Source: a virus
Reading direction: 5' to 3' (one strand)
DNA: 64,000 bases
IMG/VR virus record: IMGVR_UViG_3300020156_000448
Location: 1 to 64,000 of that record
Below, one piece after another: positions 10,033 to 18,256 of the stretch. The position numbers were made by a program, and so were the translations under genes. The notes under the pieces were generated by a model. It was not told where the DNA came from. It saw only the letters and a list, made by a program, of their open reading frames with translations, and did no database searches. The number at the start of each line of letters is the position of its first letter. Position 1 is the stretch's first letter.

Positions 10033-10362
10033 TCACTCGCAATCGTTCAAATACTGCCGCCCGAATATCTCTTTAATGCCGCGAATCATTATTAAGCAAA
10101 GCTGATACAGTCCATAAACAATTCCCCCTACAACAGAGGCAACCAATAATGGCAAATAGCAAATAGCGCAAATAAAGGCAAACTTATTTATTGCAAAATC
10201 AAACTCTTCTCTCACGGCATGTCTTTTGCCTATTCCTGCCATGAAGATCACATACAGTAACGTAATAAAATATATCGCACTATACAAGCCTTGCGTAATA
10301 AAGTAAAGCCATTTCAAATACGGAAATACCCATACAAGAAAATCCCACATTAGTTCACGCAC
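10033..10362 (-). CDS. Small membrane protein (paralog group A)
   Basis: Two TM segments, CAICYLP motif. Confidence 0.7.
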   Translation of the reverse strand: MRELMWDFLVWVFPYLKWLYFITQGLYSAIYFITLLYVIFMAGIGKRHAVREEFDFAINKFAFICAICYLPLLVASVVGGIVYGLYQLCLIMIRGIKEIFGRQYLNDCE

Positions 10363-10673
10363 TCTTTCGTGGTCAGTTTTTTATAAAAAGCCTTAACTCC
10401 CTTAGCAAACACAATCAGATACGGGACAATCCAGCATACCGCATAAATCCAGTTTGTCTTAATATATTCAATCTCTCGATTGATATACTGTTCGTTTGTC
10501 ATATGCATGAGGTAGCCATTGCCATCTACTGCTTGATTTTGCAGATCGCCCTTGCCAAGCATATACAAAATCGTTACGAACTTAGCAAGAAACACTACAA
10601 GCACACAAGCTTGAATCACGCAAGCAAATAAGAATGCCAGTATTAACACAATCACTATAGCGTCTAAAATCAT
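10350..10673 (-). CDS. Small membrane protein (paralog group A)
   Basis: Two TM segments, YAVCWIVP motif. Confidence 0.7.
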   Translation of the reverse strand: MILDAIVIVLILAFLFACVIQACVLVVFLAKFVTILYMLGKGDLQNQAVDGNGYLMHMTNEQYINREIEYIKTNWIYAVCWIVPYLIVFAKGVKAFYKKLTTKECVN

Positions 10674-10969
10674 TTTACCATATCCTTAACTACCTTTACT
10701 GTTCCTACTAAACTCGATGCCACAAACTGCGCTACTGAGCCAGCAATTTGCCCTGCATTCTTCAGCCCATAATAAAGCCACGCAGCGGGAAAGCATATAG
10801 CGTACTTTAGGTAATGCTTAAGGTCTCTGATATGCTGACTATGATCCCTATGCGGATGAAGTCCCACACTGATGCATGTTATGGTAAAGAATATTAAGTA
10901 GATTACAAAAGCCGAAACTTGAATGATACAATACATAATAAGTAAGTCTTGCGCCCAATTTTGATTCAT
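10670..10969 (-). CDS. Small membrane protein (paralog group A)
   Basis: TM segments, YAICFPA motif; GAGG RBS. Confidence 0.7.
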   Translation of the reverse strand: MNQNWAQDLLIMYCIIQVSAFVIYLIFFTITCISVGLHPHRDHSQHIRDLKHYLKYAICFPAAWLYYGLKNAGQIAGSVAQFVASSLVGTVKVVKDMVK

Positions 10970-11208
10970 CTGTAATTTCCTCTTTTTATCCGTGTAAAGC
11001 CGAAAAAGACCCTAGTATAGAATCTTCTAACTTTCACTAATTATTCAATCGTTTTGATGTTTTCATACAACATTGATTCTAATAGACTTACATAAAACTT
11101 ACGCAAAATATGCAAAATATGCGTTTTTCAAATTCTTTACCCAGGTTTTCTCTAAGTGTTTATTAGTCAATAAGCTAGGCAAAACTCGTCATTTTATATT
11201 CAAATCTT

Positions 11209-11415
11209 TTAACGCTTCCGAAGAAGCGCCCTCGTGTTTCTCACTATACAAAAACAAAGTGCTAGAACAAACATTATCGGAATCATAAACAGCCAAGTTA
11301 TAAGATATCCAAACCACGAATACTCTGCCAAGATAATTTTTGTACCATCACGCATCTCATTCCATTTAAGTGAATGCCATAACTCTTGCTCTAGCTCTTC
11401 CAGATTTTCCGCCAT
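11209..11415 (-). CDS. Small membrane protein
   Basis: C-terminal TM segment; ATG in a TAATG overlap with the upstream stop. Confidence 0.6.
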   Translation of the reverse strand: MAENLEELEQELWHSLKWNEMRDGTKIILAEYSWFGYLITWLFMIPIMFVLALCFCIVRNTRALLRKR

Positions 11416-11591
11416 TAGTTCCAATACTTTCTATCTTTGTTCCACTTCGCCGCGCTCTTACACAACTGTTTTGGATTCTTCGCCATGCGGATAAATCGAA
11501 CTGTTGGAACAGGAGCAAAGATAAGACAAAAGATAGTTGTCCATGTAACGCCTAGAAAAGTGATAAACGCTATTGTCGCTATTACATTCAA
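11415..11591 (-). CDS. 58-aa membrane protein missing from the ORF track
   Basis: Hand-translated MNVIATIAFITFLGVTWTTIFCLIFAPVP...; TTG start in a TTGA overlap and stop in a TAATG overlap, filling the gap exactly. Confidence 0.6.
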   Translation of the reverse strand: MNVIATIAFITFLGVTWTTIFCLIFAPVPTVRFIRMAKNPKQLCKSAAKWNKDRKYWN

Positions 11592-12019
11592 TTGACAAAC
11601 CTTTTCACTTGCTCTTCTGCATTTCCGTCAAAGCGAAAACCAAACGTGATCTTCGCATACACTCTATCCAAAAAAGCGCAGTACGCATTTATCCGTCCTC
11701 TTACTACGCGGTGAACCTGACTTATTGAACCTAAAGAGACAAACACACTTCCCACACATTTTACCAGTCCTACTATAACCTTTGCGATTACGCAGTACAC
11801 AACGAAAAGCAGTGTCAAGACTGCCCACAGTACAACCACTGCCAAGCGTTGTCTTTCCTGCGTTTTTTCTAGCTCTACTTGACTCAGGCATAACAACGGT
11901 ATTACAACGATCATTACTAGTACGAAGATTACATAATAGAATGGATGTGCATTTACTTCTGTATATCCATTAGATAGTACTTGTGCTATATAGTGTGATA
12001 TGTCTTTAGGTATGTACAT
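11588..12019 (-). CDS. Membrane protein
   Basis: Two long hydrophobic segments. Confidence 0.65.
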   Translation of the reverse strand: MYIPKDISHYIAQVLSNGYTEVNAHPFYYVIFVLVMIVVIPLLCLSQVELEKTQERQRLAVVVLWAVLTLLFVVYCVIAKVIVGLVKCVGSVFVSLGSISQVHRVVRGRINAYCAFLDRVYAKITFGFRFDGNAEEQVKRFVN

Positions 12020-12054
12020 AGATTCTTTCTCTTTTGTTATACAATGCACTATAT

Positions 12055-12166
12055 GGAGTATTCACATGAATGTAGTGAATGGTATTCACATGAGTTATGC
12101 GAATGTATTCACCTGAACGTAATGAATGGTATTCACTTTCACCTGAGTTCTACGAATGGTATTCAG
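12055..12166. repeat. Tandem ~24-bp repeats with palindromic core (T)GAATGGTATTCA(C)
   Basis: GTATTCA at 12058, 12082, 12105, 12129, 12159; GTGAAT-GGT-ATTCAC is a perfect palindrome at 12075-12089. Confidence 0.85.
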
Positions 12167-12265
12167 TTGTTTTAAAAGATGTAGCGTGTAGGGATAAAAT
12201 ACATCTTTTCCTTGATATTGCTAGGGGTTAGTTTCCCAGCGTTCCCCCGTTTCCCGTTTTTCCGA

Positions 12266-12385
12266 TTAAAGTGGGTCTTCCTTCGCGATCACATCCTTTA
12301 AGATCAATAAAACAATCACAACCGCAGCGAGCATCACGCCTGTCCACTCCACTGCACCAAGAATCCTTTTGTATATACATCTCAC
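12266..12385 (-). CDS. 39-aa membrane peptide missing from the ORF track
   Basis: MRCIYKRILGAVEWTGVMLAAVVIVLLILKDVIAKEDPL; GTGA overlap with the upstream stop. Confidence 0.5.
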   Translation of the reverse strand: MRCIYKRILGAVEWTGVMLAAVVIVLLILKDVIAKEDPL

Positions 12386-12567
12386 CATCTGAAGTATTCC
12401 TTAACAGATTGCCATATTGTTATTGAACTAAGCATAATCATTGCGAGAAGAAACGCCTCGATATAAATGACCGCAAACTTTATCATGAACCAGTCAAGGA
12501 TTTGCAAAGGGGTCTTTCCCTTCCAGTGCTTTGCGTGGAAGGCGTTGTATACACCTTGGATGTTCAT
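12382..12567 (-). CDS. Small membrane protein
   Basis: One TM segment; ATGA overlap. Confidence 0.6.
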   Translation of the reverse strand: MNIQGVYNAFHAKHWKGKTPLQILDWFMIKFAVIYIEAFLLAMIMLSSITIWQSVKEYFRW

Positions 12568-12890
12568 TGCATGACCTGTGTGCTGGTGGTAACAACGCGC
12601 ACATTGGTTGTCACATTCTCATTCGGGACTCTAATGGGGAGATTGTGCGCGATAAAGATGTCTGTATAAGTGTCTGTCTCCACAAGCTTCACATCTCTGT
12701 GGGTGTATGTTGCTGTTTCCTGAAAAAATGCTCCGTATACAATAACCCCTACGCCGCCAACAACAATACACACAACAAGACCCATCAAGCCATTAAGAAT
12801 AACGTCTTCCCAGTCAATCTCATCGGCAAGCTTATCTATAAACCAATAGACAATGTTTTCCATAAACCATTTGTATGTTTGATTAATCAT
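12564..12890 (-). CDS. Small membrane protein (starts MINQ)
   Basis: One TM segment; shares its first 13 nt with the neighbouring gene. Confidence 0.65.
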   Translation of the reverse strand: MINQTYKWFMENIVYWFIDKLADEIDWEDVILNGLMGLVVCIVVGGVGVIVYGAFFQETATYTHRDVKLVETDTYTDIFIAHNLPIRVPNENVTTNVRVVTTSTQVMQ

Positions 12891-13129
12891 TGTACAATAA
12901 AGGTTTGATCACCGACCTCGATTTCTGTTCTGTCACTGTGCTCAATCACTGTGATATCTCTCAGCTTGTGAACCTTTGCGTCCTTCAATGCTTCCTTGAC
13001 ATTTTGATGATCAATATATGCTACCAGTCCCATCAAGCCAACAAAGATCGTGATGAAGGCTCCCATGAGTATTAAGGGGAAATGTCTATAAAAGAATCTT
13101 CTGATTGCGTTCCACATTTGATTAATCAT
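12887..13129 (-). CDS. Small membrane protein (starts MINQ)
   Basis: One TM segment; ATGA overlap. Confidence 0.65.
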   Translation of the reverse strand: MINQMWNAIRRFFYRHFPLILMGAFITIFVGLMGLVAYIDHQNVKEALKDAKVHKLRDITVIEHSDRTEIEVGDQTFIVQ

Positions 13130-13425
13130 AGGTACATTGGTGTCCCATTGATGATATATAGCATTGGCTCATAATCCCCGCCGCTTGTTGCCATGGGTAC
13201 ATAGTTCTCCCCCGACGCTTCGGACGCTGAGCTATTTTCTTGCGGCGACTGGCTGACTGACGTAAGAAGCACTATGAGTATTATGATTACAGGCAAAGGT
13301 ATGCAGAGAATAAATAGCAGTATTCCCCACCAGTCATGCGGCTCTTTACGCGCCAGATCACTGATCCTTGTGTTTTCATTCACCTGATAAAACCGTCTTC
13401 TCTCCATGCTTGCATACTTTCTCAT
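13126..13425 (-). CDS. Small membrane protein
   Basis: One TM segment (WWGILLFILCIPLPVIIILIVLL). Confidence 0.65.
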   Translation of the reverse strand: MRKYASMERRRFYQVNENTRISDLARKEPHDWWGILLFILCIPLPVIIILIVLLTSVSQSPQENSSASEASGENYVPMATSGGDYEPMLYIINGTPMYL

Positions 13426-13667
13426 TGAGTTAGTAAGTCCAGCTTTTGATCAATTGCTGCTCTTTGTTCTTGAAGGCGCTCAATTTGCTGCTGCTTACTT
13501 TTCCGTTTACAGCCGCATCCTTCAGGAGCAGTCATGACAATAATAGCAAACAAGCCAATGATTCCGAAGAAAAACACAAAGGGCGCTACTGCATGCCAAT
13601 CAATTCTGTTTTTAAGGTTTCTGAAATATGTAAGGGTCTGATGAACTGCATCTAGTTTCTTAGCCAT
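13422..13667 (-). CDS. Small membrane protein
   Basis: One TM segment then coiled-coil. Confidence 0.6.
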   Translation of the reverse strand: MAKKLDAVHQTLTYFRNLKNRIDWHAVAPFVFFFGIIGLFAIIVMTAPEGCGCKRKSKQQQIERLQEQRAAIDQKLDLLTQ

Positions 13668-14979
13668 TGTTTCCCACTGTTCCAATCCGTTTTCTTTGTA
13701 CGATCTGGCGCAACTCTGCTTCTGTTAACTCTCTCGTCCATGCTCTGCCTACATTGGGAGCAACCTGTGCAAAAGCATCATTTAAAGCCTGATTCAATTG
13801 CTGTTGAGATACTGCTTGTGGAAATGCGACTCCCTGCGGTCCTTGAGCCTGAACAGGTTCAGGCATTGCTGCTTCAACTGCATTTGGCGCAGGGAAGGCT
13901 GCTGGAGGCGGGGCATAAGCTGGAGCCACGTTGCGCGTATTATCGCTGTAATAAAAAGTCTCAGCAGGTTCTACGTTGCCAGCATAGGCTCTTCTAACGA
14001 TTTTCTCTGGTTTATCTTCGTTCTTTGGAGGATCAGGAGCTTTATATACCCACGGTGTACCATCACGGTTTAGCGGATTACCTTGCTCGTCGCTCCACAT
14101 TTCACAGTCTTGGACACTGCCATTACCAGGAGCTACACCCCAATAAATAGAAGGGTCTGTAATTTTTAGGCGGACTAATCCACTGCTGCACACTACGTTA
14201 TCTGGCGTCTCGCATGGCTTCTCAGCAAGCTCTTCACGGTACATTGTCTGAAAAGGAAAACTAAAACCTTTGCCGCTTTTGCTCGTCTTTTCAATCGATA
14301 CTTCACCAGTGTTTGGGAAAAACTCGACAACGCGACCCAACTGCCCATAATATAGAATACGGCGATTCTTCATTGCCTCTACATCATCTGCACTCGCAAT
14401 GCGTATTGGGAATGCCTCTAAAGCGCTCATAGTTGGCTCTAGAGCCATTTTAGCCTGACTTCTGTTACTATATGCGTTTGAGTACATTAAAAAGCCATCA
14501 TGGTACGCTTTGATGACGTATTGTTTCATAATGCATGTATCGCTTGGGCGGGGAGGCACATTATAGCGCTCTTTGCTGGGCTTTTGTCTTGTAAGGTGAG
14601 CCTCTTCAACAATCTCCACCTTAAGAGCATGAAGTTTGAATGGCTTGAAGTTATATTTATCTAAGTCGATAATCTCCATGTCGCTACAACCTTCTCTTGC
14701 AGGGAGCAGAGCATAAAGAGTATCTGTGCGGTAGCCAGCATTACGGGCAGTGTTGGTCTTTGGGGTATAAACACCCACTTCAATTCTGTTGCGGATACCG
14801 TTAGGAGATGCATTCTCACTAATAATGACAGTGCCCTTGTACTCGAAATTCTTCTCGATAAAATCTTTAGGGTCCAATTTAGCTTTCTTCTTTGTAGCTG
14901 AAATACTCACGTCTAAACTAACTTCCTCTGGAACTTCAATCTGAAATTCTGGTATATTTAAAATGTCTTCAATTGGCAT
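13660..14979 (-). CDS. Hypothetical protein with Pro/Ala-rich tail
   Basis: 439-aa ORF; no family recognised. Confidence 0.7.
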   Translation of the reverse strand: MPIEDILNIPEFQIEVPEEVSLDVSISATKKKAKLDPKDFIEKNFEYKGTVIISENASPNGIRNRIEVGVYTPKTNTARNAGYRTDTLYALLPAREGCSDMEIIDLDKYNFKPFKLHALKVEIVEEAHLTRQKPSKERYNVPPRPSDTCIMKQYVIKAYHDGFLMYSNAYSNRSQAKMALEPTMSALEAFPIRIASADDVEAMKNRRILYYGQLGRVVEFFPNTGEVSIEKTSKSGKGFSFPFQTMYREELAEKPCETPDNVVCSSGLVRLKITDPSIYWGVAPGNGSVQDCEMWSDEQGNPLNRDGTPWVYKAPDPPKNEDKPEKIVRRAYAGNVEPAETFYYSDNTRNVAPAYAPPPAAFPAPNAVEAAMPEPVQAQGPQGVAFPQAVSQQQLNQALNDAFAQVAPNVGRAWTRELTEAELRQIVQRKRIGTVGNNG

Positions 14980-15064
14980 TGATGATTTTCTCTTTAGAAT
15001 TACTTCTCTTGGCTATACACGCTGTCTCAGGTTTTATTCTAAGACAAATTTTATCCTATAAATA

Positions 15065-15095
15065 GAAAAAGAACTCCCCACTAGGGAGAGTTCTG
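15065..15095 (-). terminator. Intrinsic terminator downstream of the leader-tag array
   Basis: AGAACTC-CCC/GGA-GAGTTCT stem; A tract on plus = U tract on minus. Confidence 0.7.
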
Positions 15096-15179
15096 ATTTT
15101 TTCAAAAATCGAATCACCTATCGAACATTTATAATATTGTAATAACGGACGTTTTATACGATTACTTGATTTTATTATA

Positions 15180-15270
15180 GATACAGGCAACTAGTTAAAC
15201 GTAAAAATATTTTAAACGGGCAATCTTTATTAACGGGAAAATGATATTCTAAATGTCAAACGGGCAAACG
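15180..15270. repeat. Degenerate 17-bp-period repeats (AAACGGGCAA core)
   Basis: Core C at 15200, 15217, 15234, plus a further copy at 15261; AT-rich flank. Confidence 0.55.
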
Positions 15271-15369
15271 TACTGCTCCTGAACTGCGCGCTAGTCAGGG
15301 ATCGGCTATTCTAGACTAACCTCTCACGCTCTATATACATCATTATAATTTAATTTTCCTTTAAAGAAA

Positions 15370-15624
15370 TTATCTATAAATGGGGAAACCTGCATAATTA
15401 CCCATAGAGAAAGAATCACTACTTGTATTGTTTGTCGTAATAGTATAACCTGTCGATGTTGCGGTAATAGTATAGCCTGTAGATGCTGGTACATCTTCAG
15501 TATAACTCCAAGTATTGCGAATGCCGTATTTTTTGTCCATATCTCTAATATAGTCAACGGCGCTCTTTTTCGTAAAGACGACTCTGGCTGTTTGATTCGT
15601 ATTAATTAAGTCTTTAAGATTCAT
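15370..15624 (-). CDS. Leader-tag family protein
   Basis: Starts MNLKDLINTNQTARVVFTKK (GAGG RBS); internal 27-nt duplication STGYTITAT/STGYTITTN. Confidence 0.7.
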   Translation of the reverse strand: MNLKDLINTNQTARVVFTKKSAVDYIRDMDKKYGIRNTWSYTEDVPASTGYTITATSTGYTITTNNTSSDSFSMGNYAGFPIYR

Positions 15625-15907
15625 ATTTTTTGCCTCGTCTATAGTATTTAGAAAACGCTGGCTCAAGCCCACTAGTAGTTGTAGACATTGATTGCATAAG
15701 TACTTGTCTAGATGATGGCGCTGTTGCAGTTAAAGTCTTTCCTGCTCCTCGTCCAATCCTTAGTTCTGCCTGTTTATAAGTAACATCTTTAGCAAACAAA
15801 TCTCCATACATAGCTTTATAGTAATCTCTGAATGAATCTTCGTCACTGCGTTGCTTAACAAAGATAAACTTTACCGAATGATTTTCCACCAAATCTTTAA
15901 TTAGCAT
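15614..15907 (-). CDS. Leader-tag family protein with terminase-like and RNR-like fragments
   Basis: Leader MLIKDLVENHSVKFIFVKQ; then LRIGRGAGKT and TAPSS...TTSGLEPAFSKYYRR. Confidence 0.7.
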   Translation of the reverse strand: MLIKDLVENHSVKFIFVKQRSDEDSFRDYYKAMYGDLFAKDVTYKQAELRIGRGAGKTLTATAPSSRQVLMQSMSTTTSGLEPAFSKYYRRGKKYES

Positions 15908-15969
15908 CTCTGCTTCCTCTGATAGAGCCAACTACTTTATTGGTTCGCTTGCAGACAATATCTCCATTG

Positions 15970-16332
15970 TCATTTAAAAGATGGTTTCCCCAATTTGTCG
16001 TTAAATTCTCTTTGGTATCTCTCGTGCCAAGAAATCGGGGTCGCGGTGTTGCGGCGTCTGGCATTCCTCTCTTGCCTTCTCTTTCTTTTAAGTCTTTCTT
16101 TTCGGCGGTCCTCGACACCCTTAGACAGATTTTGCGGATGCAGAGGCACATGTATATATTGAGATTTTGCTGAATGTTTTTCGATCAAAGTAAATAAATA
16201 ATTCAAAGTCTTTGTGCTTAAATTTGCATAATCGGTATCTATGTCAGGAGGGTAATCAAGCGAATGCCAAATATCTTGTTTCTCAAAAATAATCTTTAAG
16301 TGATTATTGGTTATAGCGCTCTTAAGATTCAT
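15970..16332 (-). CDS. Leader-tag family protein with Arg-rich tail
   Basis: Leader MNLKSAITNNHLKIIFEKQ. Confidence 0.65.
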   Translation of the reverse strand: MNLKSAITNNHLKIIFEKQDIWHSLDYPPDIDTDYANLSTKTLNYLFTLIEKHSAKSQYIHVPLHPQNLSKGVEDRRKERLKRKRRQERNARRRNTATPISWHERYQREFNDKLGKPSFK

Positions 16333-16598
16333 ACGTAATCCATACCACTTGATAATTCGTGTACCTTAATCACTGCCATTATCATAAACCGCCATTTGAT
16401 ATCTTGGTCTTTAGCTGACTCTGCATACATTCTGGCGTGTACCGAATCGCCCTTCATTAAACATTGTATGCATTTATAAGCAGTCTCTACACTCTCTTGA
16501 TCGATATCATCGTCTTCTTCTACTAGAAGATTATAGCCTTGAATTGCTTGTTCGATGACCTTTTGGATCGATCTTTTAATTTCAACGTTCATGAACAC
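16329..16598 (-). CDS. Hypothetical helical protein (no leader motif)
   Basis: 89-aa ORF; ATGA overlap. Confidence 0.55.
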   Translation of the reverse strand: MFMNVEIKRSIQKVIEQAIQGYNLLVEEDDDIDQESVETAYKCIQCLMKGDSVHARMYAESAKDQDIKWRFMIMAVIKVHELSSGMDYV

Positions 16599-16661
16599 CT
16601 GCTACTGTTTTAATCCCGCAGAACCCCTAAAACTAGGTAAAACTTGGGTATACTTTAACTA

Positions 16662-16913
16662 CTATTTAATCAAGGCATTATTCGAAACGCTCTTATTTAT
16701 TATTTCTCTACAACTAGGGCATAGATAATCTGTGCCAATTAGACGAAACTCGTAACCGTCTTTAAGCCGACATCCGAAGCAAGGAATCTTGCTAAACTTA
16801 ATCTGTATACAATGACCTTTCATCACTGTTTCAAGCGGCTGCTTATTTAGGCTCATATGTGAAATGGCAGGTTTTTGAAACTTTTTAGCGATACGTGTTA
16901 ATAGTGATTTCAT
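16662..16913 (-). CDS. Leader-tag family protein with C4 zinc finger
   Basis: Internal PLETVMKGHCIQIKFSK followed by CFGC...CPSC. Confidence 0.6.
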   Translation of the reverse strand: MKSLLTRIAKKFQKPAISHMSLNKQPLETVMKGHCIQIKFSKIPCFGCRLKDGYEFRLIGTDYLCPSCREIINKSVSNNALIK

Positions 16914-16914
16914 C

Positions 16915-17202
16915 TTAATAATCATTCAATGCGTCAGGATAATTTTCTTTAAACCATTCTTGCAACTCTTTGGCATCGGCGTGGTTATCATCTAGCAGAA
17001 ACCTATACATATACCTACATAAGGAAACGCTAAAGCGCACATCTTCTGGCTTAGAAAGAACAGGGACTTTTCGATCAAAGTTCTTTAAAAATTTACCAAC
17101 AGTTTCATAGGTCTTCCAGAAGTGAGCCTCTAAATGCCAGCCCTCTTTAGTAAAGATAACTCTTACTGACCTATGAGCATAATTTTTAATACTATTTGCC
17201 AT
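16915..17202 (-). CDS. Leader-tag family protein
   Basis: Leader MANSIKNYAHRSVRVIFTKE. Confidence 0.65.
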   Translation of the reverse strand: MANSIKNYAHRSVRVIFTKEGWHLEAHFWKTYETVGKFLKNFDRKVPVLSKPEDVRFSVSLCRYMYRFLLDDNHADAKELQEWFKENYPDALNDY

Positions 17203-17440
17203 TAAAGTATATGTTCCTCAGTATTTCTTCATCCTCAGTTTGTTGGATTGAACGCTTAGCATTTATTTGCGCTCTATCTACTATATAAAACCGCCTTGCC
17301 TTAATTTCACTTAGGCTAATTTGAGGATTTGCACCGATTTGAAAAGTCGGAACAAGGAAAGTGCCTTCAGGCTGTTCTTTAGTAAAGACAAAATGTATGG
17401 AATGGCTTTGCAATATCTGCAAAAAGTTGTTGCTTAACAT
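17192..17440 (-). CDS. Leader-tag family protein carrying a major-capsid-protein-like fragment
   Basis: Leader FLQILQSHSIHFVFTKE, then VPTFQIGANPQISLSEIKARRFYIVDRAQINAKRSIQQTEDEEI, which I recall as resembling HK97-fold capsid proteins of large phages. Confidence 0.7.
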   Translation of the reverse strand: MLSNNFLQILQSHSIHFVFTKEQPEGTFLVPTFQIGANPQISLSEIKARRFYIVDRAQINAKRSIQQTEDEEILRNIYFNGK

Positions 17441-17453
17441 GTGTTACATTTTC

Positions 17454-17506
17454 CTAAATAAAAAAGCTTATATACATGTATATCTTGTATATAAGCTTTT
17501 ATTTAG
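17454..17506. terminator. Long AT-rich inverted repeat (terminator/regulatory hairpin)
   Basis: AAAAGCTTATATACA-N9-TGTATATAAGCTTTT, extendable by CTAAAT/ATTTAG. Confidence 0.65.
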
Positions 17507-17513
17507 AAAAATT

Positions 17514-18233
17514 TTAATCTAGTGGAGAAATAGTAACAACTTCTTTTAGTAGGTCGAAATACTCATCTGATCCTAAGGCTGGAAAATCTGCTTCTCTCCC
17601 CTGCGATTGCCATAATTTTAATAACTCATCATCTAATGCAAGCCTTAAAATATCTACCGCCAACGCGGTATAGTGCTGGATTATCTTCGCGTCTTTTTTA
17701 TCAAACTCCATCTCATCTAGCTTGAATGAAAGAACTTCATAAGCGCATCTTACAACCTCTTCGTCTAAATGGAGATTATCAGGATGGCTGCGCGGCGGAC
17801 CTGTGAGCCGAATAAAATGATTCATTTGGTCATGAGCATAATTCAGCCTCTCAATGCTCTCTTTTTCTGAGAGAGGAATAGAGGGACCATCCACCACTAA
17901 ATCCTTCTCAAAGACAGCATATCCATCTTCAAAATTTCTAAAGATAATGGCTTTCGTCTTAGTCAGGCGGTAATCCCGATTTAGGTACATAAATATGCCT
18001 TTCGTAAATAGTGTATTACGAAGACATTCTTTAACCTTTGCGTCTCGTTCTTGTTTTAGTTTTTGAATCTTCGCTAGCGCAAGCTCAGCAGGCTGCTTGG
18101 GCTTTGGAAGTCCAGGTGGCTCTATAAACGTCACACTTACTTTGTGTGACGCGCAAAGGTTGCGAAGTTTGCCAGTTTGCCTGAATCTGCCGAAGAATCT
18201 CGCTTTGGTAGTCATTATGCCTTTCTCTTTCAT
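17514..18233 (-). CDS. Leader-tag family protein (long form)
   Basis: KLRNLCASHKVSVTFIE near the N-terminus. Confidence 0.65.
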   Translation of the reverse strand: MKEKGIMTTKARFFGRFRQTGKLRNLCASHKVSVTFIEPPGLPKPKQPAELALAKIQKLKQERDAKVKECLRNTLFTKGIFMYLNRDYRLTKTKAIIFRNFEDGYAVFEKDLVVDGPSIPLSEKESIERLNYAHDQMNHFIRLTGPPRSHPDNLHLDEEVVRCAYEVLSFKLDEMEFDKKDAKIIQHYTALAVDILRLALDDELLKLWQSQGREADFPALGSDEYFDLLKEVVTISPLD

Positions 18234-18256
18234 TTAGATACAAGGCAGCTTTTATT

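Noticed and set aside
12055-12166. CRISPR array
   Set aside because: The repeat core is ~13 bp and the intervening pieces are ~10-17 bp and similar to each other; no cas genes in the window.
15897-16151. Alternative-frame ORF or programmed frameshift in the leader array
   Set aside because: It overlaps the leader-bearing ORF 15970-16332; the GGGAAAC heptamer is in the wrong frame to extend that gene.
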